Translations under genes and position numbers: made by a program
Virus record (IMG/VR): IMGVR_UViG_3300012942_000037
Span: 13,245-77,244 of that record
Source: a virus
Lineage: Duplodnaviria > Heunggongvirae > Uroviricota > Caudoviricetes
DNA: 64,000 nucleotides
Reading direction: 5' to 3' (one strand)
Notes under the pieces: generated by a model
What the model was told of the DNA's origin: nothing
What the model saw: only the letters and a program-made list of their open reading frames with translations
The model's database searches: none
In this document: positions 19,475-29,085 of the stretch, piece by piece
Numbering within the stretch: the first letter of the stretch is position 1
Layout of the letters: the number at the start of each line of letters is the position of its first letter

Positions 19475-21781
19475 ATGGGCAGCACACCAATCATGGTCGT
19501 CAAGCGTGACGGCCGTCAAGAGGTTCTCGACCTCGAGAAAATCCACAAAGTCGTCTTCTGGTCTTGTGAAGGCTTAACTGGTGTTTCACCAAGTGAAGTA
19601 GAACTTCGAGCCAAACTCCAACTCGAAGATGGCACTCCAAGCACCAAGATTCATGAATTGCTCATTAAGAGCGCTAGTGAGCTTATCAGCGAAGACACTC
19701 CGAATTACCAGTATGTGGCTAGTCGTCTAGCTTCCTACCAATTGCGTAAGGAAGTCTATGGCCGATATGAACCCTGGACTGTGAAGCAAGTTGTCGAGGC
19801 CAATGTCAAAGCTGGTCACTACACTAGCGAGCTCCTAGAGAATTTCGATGATGACGATTGGCGCAAAATGGAGAAGATCGTCAAGCATTCTCGAGATGAC
19901 CTGATTGCGTTTGCCGGCATGGAACAATGGCGAGGCAAGTATCTGGTCAAGGATCGTGTCACAGGTCAGTTCTTTGAAACACCACAAATTGCCATTGTCT
20001 TGATCGCTGCTATTGGTTTCATGGCTTACCCCAAAGAGATCCGCATGGAATACATCAAGGATTTCTACGATGCGGTGAGCCAATTTGATATCAGCCTCCC
20101 CACTCCTATCATGGCTGGTTTGCGCACGCCTCAGAAGCAATTCAGTTCATGTGTCACTATCGCGACTGATGATTCCTTGGATTCACTCCTCGCCACCAAT
20201 GGTGCCGTGGTCAAATACATCAGCCAGAAGGCTGGCCTTGGTATCGATATGTCAAGGGTTCGTGCCCAAGGCTCCAAGATCCGCAATGGCGATGCGGAGC
20301 ATACTGGTATGATTCCGTTTGTGCGTTGGTTTCAAAGCGCTGTGAAGAGTTGCTCTCAGGGCGGCGTTCGAGGCGGGGCCGCTACGGTTCACTTCCCCTT
20401 GTGGCATTATGAGTTTGAAGATCTGGTGGTGCTTAAGAACAACAAGGGCACCGAATTCAATCGTATCCGCCAACTCGACTATAGCTTCCTATTCAATCGT
20501 CTGATGTATCAGCGTCTGGTTGAGGGCGGTGATATCACCTTCTTCTCACCTCAAGATGTGCCTGGATTGCTAGATGCTTTCTATGCGGATCAGGATCGCT
20601 TTGATGAGCTTTACGTTCAGTATGAGAATGATCCAAAGATCCGTAAGAAGTCAATGAAAGCTCTGGATGTCTTCATTACGTTCCTAACTGAGCGTAAAGA
20701 GACTGGTCGTATCTATCTCATGAATATCGACCATGCGAATACCCATAGTTCTTACATTCCTGAACTCGCACCTATCACTCAGTCTAACCTTTGTCAGGAG
20801 ATCACGCTTCCAACTTCACCTCTCCAATCCTACGATTGTGATGAAGGGCGGATCAGCCTCTGTACTCTGAGTGCTCTCAATTGGGGACGAGTCAAGACTC
20901 CTCATGATTTTGAAAAGCCAGCTAAACTAGTGGTGCGATTCCTTGATGAGATCCTAAGCTACCAGAACTATCCAGTGAAGGCAGCTGAAATCGCCACCCG
21001 CGAACTCCGCCCACTCGGTGTTGGTATTGTGAATCTGGCCTACTTCCTTGCCAAGAATGGCCTGAAGTATGATGATGCGGCTCTTCCTCTAATTGATGAA
21101 TACATGGAAGGGATGTCTTACTATCTGATCAAAGCTTCAGCCGACCTAGCTGTCGAGAAAGGTGCGTGTCAGGCTGTCTATAAATCCAAGTATAGTAAGG
21201 GTATTCTCCCCATTGACACGTATAAGCGTGATATTGATAACTTGGTTGAACCCCGGTTCCGTATGGAATGGGAAGATCTTCGTAATCAACTCCTCAAGAC
21301 CGGTATCCGTAATACCACATTGATGGCCCTTATGCCAGCCGAGACATCAGCACAGCTCTCGAACTCAACCAATGGTATTGAACCAGTTCGTGCCCTGGTG
21401 AGTGAGAAGGTCAGCAAGCACGGCGTGTTGAAGCAGGTTGTTCCTGAGATTCAGAAGCTCAAGAATAAGTATGAGCTCCTATGGGACCAGAAGAGCCCAC
21501 GTGGTTACATCAAGGTATGTGGTGTACTTCAGAAGTATATTGATCAGGCTATCTCGGCCAACACCTCTTACAATCCTGATCACTATGTTGATCGTGAGAT
21601 TTCGATGAAAGAGATGATCACTGATCTACTGACGATGTACAAATATGGTATCAAGACTGCCTACTATTTCAATACGTATGACGGGCAGGAAGACATCACG
21701 GTTATTAAGGATGAAGCATCTGAAGCTGAAGAGCTTGATCTACTAGAAGATGATGGAACGTGTGATTCCTGCGTTCTTTAA
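19475..21781 (+). CDS. nrdA: ribonucleotide reductase class Ia alpha subunit
   Basis: An N-terminal ATP-cone (VVKRDGRQEVLDLEKI), the catalytic NLCQEI segment, a C-terminal CxxC tail and the 768-aa length all fit. Confidence 0.9.
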   Translation: MGSTPIMVVKRDGRQEVLDLEKIHKVVFWSCEGLTGVSPSEVELRAKLQLEDGTPSTKIHELLIKSASELISEDTPNYQYVASRLASYQLRKEVYGRYEPWTVKQVVEANVKAGHYTSELLENFDDDDWRKMEKIVKHSRDDLIAFAGMEQWRGKYLVKDRVTGQFFETPQIAIVLIAAIGFMAYPKEIRMEYIKDFYDAVSQFDISLPTPIMAGLRTPQKQFSSCVTIATDDSLDSLLATNGAVVKYISQKAGLGIDMSRVRAQGSKIRNGDAEHTGMIPFVRWFQSAVKSCSQGGVRGGAATVHFPLWHYEFEDLVVLKNNKGTEFNRIRQLDYSFLFNRLMYQRLVEGGDITFFSPQDVPGLLDAFYADQDRFDELYVQYENDPKIRKKSMKALDVFITFLTERKETGRIYLMNIDHANTHSSYIPELAPITQSNLCQEITLPTSPLQSYDCDEGRISLCTLSALNWGRVKTPHDFEKPAKLVVRFLDEILSYQNYPVKAAEIATRELRPLGVGIVNLAYFLAKNGLKYDDAALPLIDEYMEGMSYYLIKASADLAVEKGACQAVYKSKYSKGILPIDTYKRDIDNLVEPRFRMEWEDLRNQLLKTGIRNTTLMALMPAETSAQLSNSTNGIEPVRALVSEKVSKHGVLKQVVPEIQKLKNKYELLWDQKSPRGYIKVCGVLQKYIDQAISANTSYNPDHYVDREISMKEMITDLLTMYKYGIKTAYYFNTYDGQEDITVIKDEASEAEELDLLEDDGTCDSCVL

Positions 21782-21787
21782 GTGTGA

Positions 21788-21814
21788 AATCCACGGGTTT
21801 TAGGCCCGTGGATT
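21788..21814 (+). terminator. stem-loop after nrdA
   Basis: AATCCACGGG-loop-CCCGTGGATT, with a weak U-run. Confidence 0.35.
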
Positions 21815-21881
21815 CTCCATCAGAGATAGACAATGATCGACCAGAACCGTATTCTGGTAAGAAAGAGAAAAGAGGCAGGCA

Positions 21882-23012
21882 ATGTCCGTTTTTAACCTAA
21901 ACAAGGTTGACCATCTAACAGCCAAGATGTTTTTCGATCCAAGTGGTCCAGTTGACATTCAGCGTTTCGACCAGGTCAAATATCCTGAAATAGAGCACCT
22001 AACCAACCAGCAGCTTGGTTTCTTTTGGCGACCTGAAGAGATTGATCTCAATACTGATCGCGGAGACTTTGGTAAGCTCACTGATCATGAGAAGCACATC
22101 TTCACCAGCAACCTGAAGAGGCAGATCCTTCTTGATTCGGTTCAAGGTCGCTCACCTACTGCGGCTTTTGGCTCTATCACAAGTCTACCAGAGATGGAGA
22201 CTTGGGCGCAGACTTGGGCGTTCTTTGAAACCATTCATAGTCGTTCATACACTCACATCATCCGCAATGTTTACCCCAATCCTGGTTCAGTTTTTGATGC
22301 GATGAAATCCATTCAGGAGATCGTCGATTGTGCCAAGGATATCAGTGCTAACTATGATGATCTAATTGCTGCTTCTAAGTGGTATGAGCTTTTGGGTGAA
22401 GGTGAGCACCGTGTAAATGGTAAGAAGCTCAAGGTCGACATCTATGAGTTGAAGAAGAAGCTTTGGTTGACCATGATGAGTGTCAACATCCTTGAAGGTG
22501 TTCGATTCTATGTCAGCTTCGCTTGCTCATGGGCTTTTGCTGAAAACAAGCGAATGGAGGGCAATGCCAAGATTATCAAACTCATTGCTCGTGATGAGAA
22601 TCTACATCTTGCTGGCACTCAGAACCTACTCCGCAATATCCTGAAAGCTGATGATCCCCATTATATCAAGATTGCTCAGGAGACCGAAGAGCAATGTATC
22701 GCGATGTATCTGTCAGCTATTCGTCAGGAGAAGGAATGGGCGAGATACCTCTTCAAGGATGGGTCGCTCATTGGTCTTAATGAAGCTCTGCTGAACGAGT
22801 ATGTGGATTATATCGCAGGAACTCGTATGCGTGGTGTGGGATTGAAGGCGCCCTTCAGTATTCCTGCTCGTAATCCCCTACCATGGACCTCTAGCTGGAT
22901 CGCTTCTAAGTCAGTTCAGGTAGCCCCCCAGGAGACCGAGATTTCAAGTTATGTCGTAGGTGGAGTAAAGCAGGATGCTGCCACTGACGATTTCAGCACT
23001 TTCAAACTTTAA
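21882..23012 (+). CDS. nrdB: ribonucleotide reductase class Ia beta subunit
   Basis: Diiron ligand context (IARDENLHLAG) is present and the 376-aa length fits. Confidence 0.9.
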   Translation: MSVFNLNKVDHLTAKMFFDPSGPVDIQRFDQVKYPEIEHLTNQQLGFFWRPEEIDLNTDRGDFGKLTDHEKHIFTSNLKRQILLDSVQGRSPTAAFGSITSLPEMETWAQTWAFFETIHSRSYTHIIRNVYPNPGSVFDAMKSIQEIVDCAKDISANYDDLIAASKWYELLGEGEHRVNGKKLKVDIYELKKKLWLTMMSVNILEGVRFYVSFACSWAFAENKRMEGNAKIIKLIARDENLHLAGTQNLLRNILKADDPHYIKIAQETEEQCIAMYLSAIRQEKEWARYLFKDGSLIGLNEALLNEYVDYIAGTRMRGVGLKAPFSIPARNPLPWTSSWIASKSVQVAPQETEISSYVVGGVKQDAATDDFSTFKL

Positions 23013-23022
23013 GGAGAACTCA

Positions 23023-23262
23023 ATGAAGGCAACCATTTACAGTAAGCCTAGCTGCCCCTATTGCGACCGCGCTAAGATGCTGCTGAAGAACCGTGGCATC
23101 GAATATACCGAGGTTAGCGCAGTTGAAAATCGCGAAGACCTGATCCAGAAAGTCACTGAAGCAACGGGTGCGGCCCCTCGCACGGTTCCTCAGATTTGGC
23201 TCGATGAAACTTACATTGGTGGATTCACTGAGCTAGATGCGCATTTCAAGAAGCAGGCATGA
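23023..23262 (+). CDS. glutaredoxin (NrdH/Grx-like)
   Basis: The CPYC active site sits in YSKPSCPYCDRAK. There is an AAGGAG ribosome-binding site, and the gene lies immediately after nrdB. Confidence 0.8.
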   Translation: MKATIYSKPSCPYCDRAKMLLKNRGIEYTEVSAVENREDLIQKVTEATGAAPRTVPQIWLDETYIGGFTELDAHFKKQA

Positions 23263-23777
23263 GATCCTTCTACTCTAAGGATGAGATGTTGGTAGCCGTG
23301 GCTAAGAAAAAGCCACGGCTACAGGCTCTGGTTGATCAGGTAACCCAGATGTCATGGGAGGAGATTAAGGCCCTACAAGAGCCCCTGTGGGTAAGAGAGG
23401 CACTAGAAATCCTCAAACAGGCAAACGGTAAATCACAGAAGGAACGGCTAGCAGATATCCTTCGTCATGCTGAAGAGCAGGAAGCTAAAGTAAGGGCCCA
23501 GCCACAACCTACATATGAAATACGTATTTGGGACTGCGATCCTGATTTCGTAGGCTATGAGAATCTAGATCGGAGTTGGAAGATCCAAGTAGAAACTGGT
23601 GATACGTTCGCAATACTAACGGATGGCCAGGTAAAGTTCGGTGATCAACTGGTTACTGTTGGTGAAGAGGATAGATTCAACCTCTTTCACAAGAGCAAAC
23701 TGGTGGGTTATATGACCCTAGCCAACTACAATGGCTTCCATAGAGAGTTACTCAATCAGAAGCACAAGAACCCATAA
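23259..23777 (+). CDS. hypothetical protein
   Basis: 172-aa ORF. Confidence 0.45.
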   Translation: MRSFYSKDEMLVAVAKKKPRLQALVDQVTQMSWEEIKALQEPLWVREALEILKQANGKSQKERLADILRHAEEQEAKVRAQPQPTYEIRIWDCDPDFVGYENLDRSWKIQVETGDTFAILTDGQVKFGDQLVTVGEEDRFNLFHKSKLVGYMTLANYNGFHRELLNQKHKNP

Positions 23778-23798
23778 TATACGTGGATAAATACCCCT

Positions 23799-24095
23799 AT
23801 GCTAGTTGAAAAGAAGAGTCAGAACCTAACCGTCGTAGCTATCAAGCTCATCACTGGTGAGGAGATCATCGCTCGCCGTCTTAGTGATGACGACAACCAT
23901 ATCATTATCAGCAGACCACTGGCTATGGTGATGGCGGAAAATCCTGATAACCCAACCCAGACTCGTGTGATGTTTACACCTTGGATGGTTGCTGCGGGTA
24001 AAGAGACGGTTACGCTTAAGAACCAACATGTTGTCGCAGTCACTCCAGCAAGAACGGATGCTGTTGATCAGTATGAGCAGGCAATTTCTAACTGA
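23799..24095 (+). CDS. hypothetical protein (tail/baseplate module?)
   Basis: 98-aa ORF upstream of the PAAR-like gene. Confidence 0.4.
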   Translation: MLVEKKSQNLTVVAIKLITGEEIIARRLSDDDNHIIISRPLAMVMAENPDNPTQTRVMFTPWMVAAGKETVTLKNQHVVAVTPARTDAVDQYEQAISN

Positions 24096-24504
24096 GCTGG
24101 TTGACCGCATCAGATTGGCCTTTTCAATTCTGGTAGCGCCAAGGCACATAGTTGGATCGCAAACTGGTCTGCCAATCACCTACGATCCAGTGAACCGCCG
24201 TCTGGTCATCGAGGGTGATTTTGAGATCCATGCTAAGGGCAACCTATATCTGAATTCGGATAAGCACGTGGTCGTCCATAGTGGTAATACCGGCGGTCAT
24301 TATACCCATGCGATCTGGCTTAATCCAGATCTGGAGGATGAATATGCTATCCATGTCGAAGATTGTGAATCAGGAAGCCTTAGACAGCCAGATCTACAAT
24401 CCAACAACCAAGCCGGCTGTCTTGATGCTCCAGCAGATCATGGAGACCACACCAGTTCCTGCTCCATCTGCGACTCAGCAAAATCCTCCACCTCCGCTGG
24501 TTGA
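24073..24504 (+). CDS. hypothetical protein, beta-rich, possibly a spike or baseplate component
   Basis: GDFEIHAKGNLYLNSDKHVVVHSGNTGG. I inferred the start at ATG 24073. It overlaps the next ORF, and I cannot resolve which frame is genuine across 24341-24504. Confidence 0.3.
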   Translation: MSRQFLTELVDRIRLAFSILVAPRHIVGSQTGLPITYDPVNRRLVIEGDFEIHAKGNLYLNSDKHVVVHSGNTGGHYTHAIWLNPDLEDEYAIHVEDCESGSLRQPDLQSNNQAGCLDAPADHGDHTSSCSICDSAKSSTSAG

Positions 24505-25267
24505 TTCCAGTGATACCAGCATAGTTCCTCCTGAGCTTAAGGAACATGTTGATGCCTTCTTCGCTCTTCCAACTACCAACCCTTACCATGGCGTGTTGGT
24601 TAATCCGGCTTCGTGTCTGATTGATGATATCCGTGGTAGTCTTGATGATTTGAATAATGCGGGACAGGCCTTGGATAATGCCTCGGGCCAGACTGATTGG
24701 TCTGATTACCAGGATGACTTTGATCAGGATAGCCAGGATATCAACTCTGACTTGGATTCAATTCAGGATCACACTGATCGTCTAACCAGCAACCTACCAA
24801 GCCTGGCTGGTGTGGCTCAAGGTGCTCTAGCACTAGCTACTGTAATGAACCTCCTGAGCAATCCATGCTTAGGTCTGGATGGTATGTTGGGAAGCATTAT
24901 GGATTCTGGTAAACAGCTTCTCAACGATGTCACTAATCAGATCAAGGCAGGTGTGAGTCAAGTCAATAATGCTCTAAGTGATCTCACGAGTGCCATTCAA
25001 TCTGGAGTACAGAGTGCTATTAGTGCGGCGAAGGCAGCTATTAGCCCTCTTATGGACCAGATCAAAGATGGTATCTCGGTGGCAAAACAACAGGTCAGTG
25101 CCTTCATTAGCAAGGCTCAAACTGAGGTTATGAATTTTGCCAAAGCAGCTCTGGCGCAGCTTCGTCAGGGTCTAGCTGAACTTATGGCCAACCTTCCTCA
25201 GGATCCTTGTTTAAAAGGCCTCCTAACAAGTGCTGCCACTGGTGCTGCGGCAGCTATCATAAAATGA
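24341..25267 (+). CDS. hypothetical protein (Ser/Ala-rich helical C-terminus)
   Basis: The ORF track shows 24281..25267; the start is uncertain. Confidence 0.4.
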   Translation, partial: NMLSMSKIVNQEALDSQIYNPTTKPAVLMLQQIMETTPVPAPSATQQNPPPPLVDSSDTSIVPPELKEHVDAFFALPTTNPYHGVLVNPASCLIDDIRGSLDDLNNAGQALDNASGQTDWSDYQDDFDQDSQDINSDLDSIQDHTDRLTSNLPSLAGVAQGALALATVMNLLSNPCLGLDGMLGSIMDSGKQLLNDVTNQIKAGVSQVNNALSDLTSAIQSGVQSAISAAKAAISPLMDQIKDGISVAKQQVSAFISKAQTEVMNFAKAALAQLRQGLAELMANLPQDPCLKGLLTSAATGAAAAIIK

Positions 25268-26241
25268 CCAAAGCGGCAGTTAGGAAGGGTGATAAGTGTA
25301 CAGGCCATGGTGACGCCAAACCACGGCCTTGTGACCAGGGATCACCAGATACATTCATCAACGGTAAGGCGGCGCATCGGCAAGGTGATCATTGGGCTGT
25401 ACATAAGAGCCATGATAGCCACCTAGCCAAGGGCTCTGATTGTGTTTTCGTGAACGGTAAGGGTCAGGGTAGAGTTGGTGATCCGATCCTTTGTGGCTCC
25501 AGGTGTCAACAAGGTAGCCCGAATGTCTTTGTAGGTGATAACAGCTCTAGTGGCACTTCTAGCCAGAGTAGCCAGGGTGCCGCTTCAGCACCTATTGATT
25601 ATTCAAATCCATACCGCTTTGAAGGCGGAGCGGGTGCGAATGGTTATTCAGGTTCTGGCACCATTGAAACTGAAGGTGGTGTCACGGGTGCTACTGATGA
25701 TGCCCCTCCAGCATCTGATCCTGATTCACAAGAACCGCTAGATGCGAGTGATGATGATGTTGATTGGCTTACTACGTGTATGATTGACGAGGCAGGCAAT
25801 CAGAGCCAGAAGGATGCCTGGGCCGCGGTTGCCGCTGTAGTGGTGGATCGCCTTCAAACTGGTAAAGCAACTGGTACAGTCAATCCAGCATGGAAGGGGA
25901 CGATCAAAGGAATAGTTTTGGCTAATGGTCAGTTTTCAGGCTTCTACTTTGAGATGATCAACCGCAAATATACCAGAGTCGTAGCTAGCAAGGATTGGGC
26001 TGCGGCCGAGAAACGTGGTAAGCAGAAAATGGCCGCTTATCGGAAGCGATCTCAATGGAATGCCTTTCATGAGGTAGCCCAGCAGGTAGTTAGCGGAACA
26101 TATAATGGAGGAGCGGCATGGCGACTTGTGAAGAGCAGACCAGCCCTCATGTATTGTAATTTGGCTATCTCGAATCCACCCTGGGCTACCCAGAGCAAAT
26201 ATGTGACTAAGATTGAGGATCACACGTTCTTCTTAGCTTGA
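25264..26241 (+). CDS. PAAR-like tail-tip protein fused to a SleB-type cell-wall hydrolase domain
   Basis: The N-terminus has GDKCTGHGD...FINGKAAHRQGD...FVNGKGQGRVGD repeats, which are PAAR-like. The C-terminus has DEAGNQ...AVAAVVVDRL...NGQFSGF, a Hydrolase_2/SleB-like signature. The ATG overlaps the upstream stop (ATGA). Confidence 0.55.
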   Translation: MTKAAVRKGDKCTGHGDAKPRPCDQGSPDTFINGKAAHRQGDHWAVHKSHDSHLAKGSDCVFVNGKGQGRVGDPILCGSRCQQGSPNVFVGDNSSSGTSSQSSQGAASAPIDYSNPYRFEGGAGANGYSGSGTIETEGGVTGATDDAPPASDPDSQEPLDASDDDVDWLTTCMIDEAGNQSQKDAWAAVAAVVVDRLQTGKATGTVNPAWKGTIKGIVLANGQFSGFYFEMINRKYTRVVASKDWAAAEKRGKQKMAAYRKRSQWNAFHEVAQQVVSGTYNGGAAWRLVKSRPALMYCNLAISNPPWATQSKYVTKIEDHTFFLA

Positions 26242-26266
26242 CATCTTGGTGCTTTGTTGCTATATA
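26238..26266 (+). promoter_or_regulatory. sigma70-like promoter for the tmRNA gene
   Basis: TTGACA, a 17-nt spacer, then TATATA. Confidence 0.6.
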
Positions 26267-26272
26267 GATGAT

Positions 26273-26337
26273 GCTATTGAAGACCGAAGCCTAGTATCGA
26301 CTAGCGGACGCGGGGGCAGTACCCGCCAGGTCCACCA
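26273..26337 (+). ncRNA. ssrA: tmRNA acceptor piece of a permuted, two-piece ssrA
   Basis: It ends GGACGCGGGGGCAGUACCCGCCAGGUCCACCA: a T-arm-like hairpin, the 3' acceptor strand CAGGUCC, then ACCA. The 5' end is approximate. Confidence 0.6.
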
Positions 26338-26504
26338 TAGCAAGTGACCTAGGAGCACTCAGAGCAATCTGGGCGGCGCCAAAACCACTGAGGGAATCGA
26401 AGGATCTCAACCGGATCTGGGTCCTGAGGATGGTATGAGGAAGGGTGGATGAAAGTGGGGCACCGCGGAAGGCCTCATGAGTAAGGTAAGTCACTTGCTT
26501 TGCT

Positions 26505-26700
26505 GGGCCTGAACTAGGATCGACGTGGAAGAGAACGGCAGAGAGAAGATCCAGGCAACTGGTGAAGCGATGGTGAGGGTGGCTCCTCTAAAAGGCCACG
26601 CAGAATACCTGCAAACGACAACACTGTCGAGGTTGCGCTCGCTGCCTAAGGTAGCGCGGGTAACCGCCTAAAGTCTTAGGGCTTCGACTCCTTAAGCGCG
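26505..26700 (+). ncRNA. ssrA: tmRNA coding piece of a permuted ssrA, with tag ORF 26609..26647
   Basis: It starts GGGCCUGAACUAGGAUCGACGUGG (compare E. coli GGGGCUGAUUCUGGAUUCGACGGG). Its GGGCCUG pairs with the upstream CAGGUCC and includes a G3-U wobble. From the resume GCA the tag reads ANDNTVEVALAA-stop. GGCUUCG at 26678 pairs with CGAAGCC at 26285. The 3' end is approximate. Confidence 0.65.
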
Positions 26701-26900
26701 GTATGGTTCCACCGGGCAACAGAACGGGCCACTCTTCCTGATACTCTTGACCTATTGGTAAACTCCGTTACTCTAGAAGGACAACGGGGCAAATCGATAT
26801 GTGACATCAAGTGACTGACTAGATGGGAGTAAACCCACAATAATCTTCATAATACGGGTACGCATCCAGGGCTTAACATCTCCAATTATAGGGGATCTAT

Positions 26901-28610
26901 ATGGCACAGGGTGAACCAGTTGATTTTTCATGGATTAGGCAATCGCTTACCTATGATAAAGCCAGCGAGGACAGAGTGGATAAAGCAATCAAGTCCGACA
27001 TCAATATCAAGATGCTTACCGAACTCGCGCCGACTATCATATGGACGCGGAACGCTAAGTGGGATTTGACCTATATCAACTCATATTGGTTCGAATTCAC
27101 AGGTTGTGAGGATCGTCCAGTCAGAGAGATCAACTGGCAGGAATTCATCCATCCTGATGATCTCAAAGGAGTCACGGATTACTGGAACACAGCTCTTGAA
27201 CTCCAACTTGAGTTCAAGGTTGATCTACGTCTTCGTCGCCGAGATGGTGAATACCGATGGTTCCAATCAGTCGGCCGACCAGTCACCAATCAGGCTGGTG
27301 AAGTTATTCAATGGCTTGGTGTTTCATCGATCATTCAGGACCTCAAAGACGCCCAAGAAGAAACTGAACGCCTCCGTCAGAAACTTGAAGAAAAGGTTCT
27401 CGAGCGTACACGAGCTCTTGAAGAAGCTCAGGCACAGGTTCTCGCCGAAATTAGTGCTCGACAAGCCACCCAGGATGCTCTCCGCCAAGCACAGAAGATG
27501 GAGAGTGTTGGTCAATTAACTGGTGGCATAGCACATGATTTCAACAACATGCTCACTGTGATCATCGGCAATCTCGAACTCCTCAAGATGAGCGCTCCAA
27601 AACTAGGCGATAATCCAGTCGCAAAACGCATGGAGCGGAATGTTAGGATGGCTATTGAGGCATCCATGAAGGCAGAGAAGCTTACCGCTCAGTTGTTGGC
27701 TTTCTCAAGAAAAGCCCGTCTCCAGCTGGAGCGTCTTGATGCCAATGTGGTTGTCATCGGGGTAAAGGAAATGGTCGAGAGAGCTGTTGGTCTTTCAGTT
27801 AGCTGCGACATTAAGATCCAGGAAGACCTATGGCTTTGCTTGAGTGACAAGACCCAGCTTGAAAGCGCAATCATCAATCTAGCTATCAATGCTCGAGATG
27901 CCATGCCGGAAGGCGGTAAACTTTGTATCTCGACTGCCAACAAAGTGATGGAGGATCTCCGCTTTGTTAGCGTTTCAGTCAGTGATACTGGTCTGGGTAT
28001 GAACCAGGAAACTCTGGAGAAGGCTTGTGAACCGTTCTTCACTACCAAGGATGTTGGCAAGGGTTCAGGTCTTGGCCTTTCGATGGTTTACGGTTTCTGC
28101 GAGCAATCAAATGGTAAACTGCTCATCGAGAGCGAAGAGGGCAAGGGCACGATCGTTGAAATGCTCTTCCCCTTCACTGCTGGTGAGACTATCGAAGAGA
28201 CGCAAGCTGAAGAGGATTTCAATTTCGATGCCGCTAAGCAAAGCATCCTAGTAGTGGATGATGAACCAGCGGTCAGAGAGCTGGCCTGCCAATTGCTAAC
28301 TGATGCTGGCTTTAACGTAATCAGCGCTCAAGATGGTCAATCGGCGATTAAGATCATCCAAGACTCCACCATACCGTTGGATCTGCTATTTACAGACATT
28401 GTGATGCCTGGTGGTATTGATGGGTTTGGCTTGGCTAAAATCACCAAACAGGAACGACCCACCCTTCCGATTATTTTCACAACAGGCCATGCGGAGGTCG
28501 CCCTCAAGGAATTGAAGAAGGACCTCACGCAGAAGATCAAGGTGATTGGTAAGCCTTATCGTTTGAATGAGTTGAAGCAGATGATTCTACATGAACTGGC
28601 AATTCAGTAA
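26901..28610 (+). CDS. PAS-containing hybrid histidine kinase (CckA-like: PAS, DHp, CA, REC)
   Basis: PAS domain ([18 protein letters not shown]...[14 protein letters not shown]). H-box [22 protein letters not shown]-box [11 protein letters not shown]-boxes DTGLGM / [10 protein letters not shown]-terminal receiver [12 protein letters not shown]...[10 protein letters not shown]...KPY. Confidence 0.8.
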   Translation: MAQGEPVDFSWIRQSLTYDKASEDRVDKAIKSDINIKMLTELAPTIIWTRNAKWDLTYINSYWFEFTGCEDRPVREINWQEFIHPDDLKGVTDYWNTALELQLEFKVDLRLRRRDGEYRWFQSVGRPVTNQAGEVIQWLGVSSIIQDLKDAQEETERLRQKLEEKVLERTRALEEAQAQVLAEISARQATQDALRQAQKMESVGQLTGGIAHDFNNMLTVIIGNLELLKMSAPKLGDNPVAKRMERNVRMAIEASMKAEKLTAQLLAFSRKARLQLERLDANVVVIGVKEMVERAVGLSVSCDIKIQEDLWLCLSDKTQLESAIINLAINARDAMPEGGKLCISTANKVMEDLRFVSVSVSDTGLGMNQETLEKACEPFFTTKDVGKGSGLGLSMVYGFCEQSNGKLLIESEEGKGTIVEMLFPFTAGETIEETQAEEDFNFDAAKQSILVVDDEPAVRELACQLLTDAGFNVISAQDGQSAIKIIQDSTIPLDLLFTDIVMPGGIDGFGLAKITKQERPTLPIIFTTGHAEVALKELKKDLTQKIKVIGKPYRLNELKQMILHELAIQ

Positions 28611-28667
28611 TATTGATTTCAGACACCTAGCCAGTTATTAGATGGGTTCTACCAAACAAAAGGAAGT

Positions 28668-28853
28668 GTGGTCGTGAGTGTATGGAACCTGCGGGCTGAT
28701 CCCGTGTCTAAAGAAATCGTCGAAGCATGGCTCAAGGAAGAAGCCTTGGAAGGTTACGTGATCAGTGTCAAACCTGAGGCCATGCAGATTGGCTTTTCTA
28801 ACATCGATGATGCCTTTAGGTTCCGACTTCAATTTGACGAGGTTCTGATCTGA
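28668..28853 (+). CDS. small protein, a divergent member of the FKL-motif family
   Basis: Its C-terminus DDAFRFRLQFDE parallels the DAMLFKLAWG motif. Confidence 0.35.
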   Translation: MVVSVWNLRADPVSKEIVEAWLKEEALEGYVISVKPEAMQIGFSNIDDAFRFRLQFDEVLI

Positions 28854-28865
28854 CCATAAGCCTAC

Positions 28866-28900
28866 GGAATATGGGTCAGAGCTATTTCGGCCCATATTCC
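28866..28900 (+). terminator. stem-loop terminator
   Basis: GGAATATGGG-loop-CCCATATTCC followed by a T-rich tract. Confidence 0.45.
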
Positions 28901-29085
28901 AACTACTTGCTGTTTTGTATGCTGGCGCCAAAGTCTAGACTAGACTGGCGTCATAATCTTCAATAGCTTGTGTGAACTGCTTACAACGCGCTTTGCGCAA
29001 TTTAGTTGCGAAGCCAGCGTAGATTTTTGTGGAGGCGTATAGCCAAGGTTGTCGTAGAGATCGATCCCCTCAAGTTGCGTAGGTT

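Noticed and set aside
23787-23793. ATAAATA motif before the ORF at 23799
   Set aside because: It is only 6 nt from the ATG, leaving no room for a transcript start plus a ribosome-binding site. I take it as a chance occurrence.
26310-26326. Non-canonical T-loop in the tmRNA acceptor piece
   Set aside because: The loop reads GGCAGUA rather than UUCGAAU. I considered whether this invalidates the tmRNA call. I kept the call because the 5' end, the acceptor pairing with a G-U wobble, the CCA and the tag ORF all agree, but I lowered confidence.
26291-26494. 67-aa minus-strand ORF
   Set aside because: It lies entirely within the tmRNA acceptor piece and intervening segment. It has no ribosome-binding site and is Arg/Ala-rich, so I treat it as an artefact.
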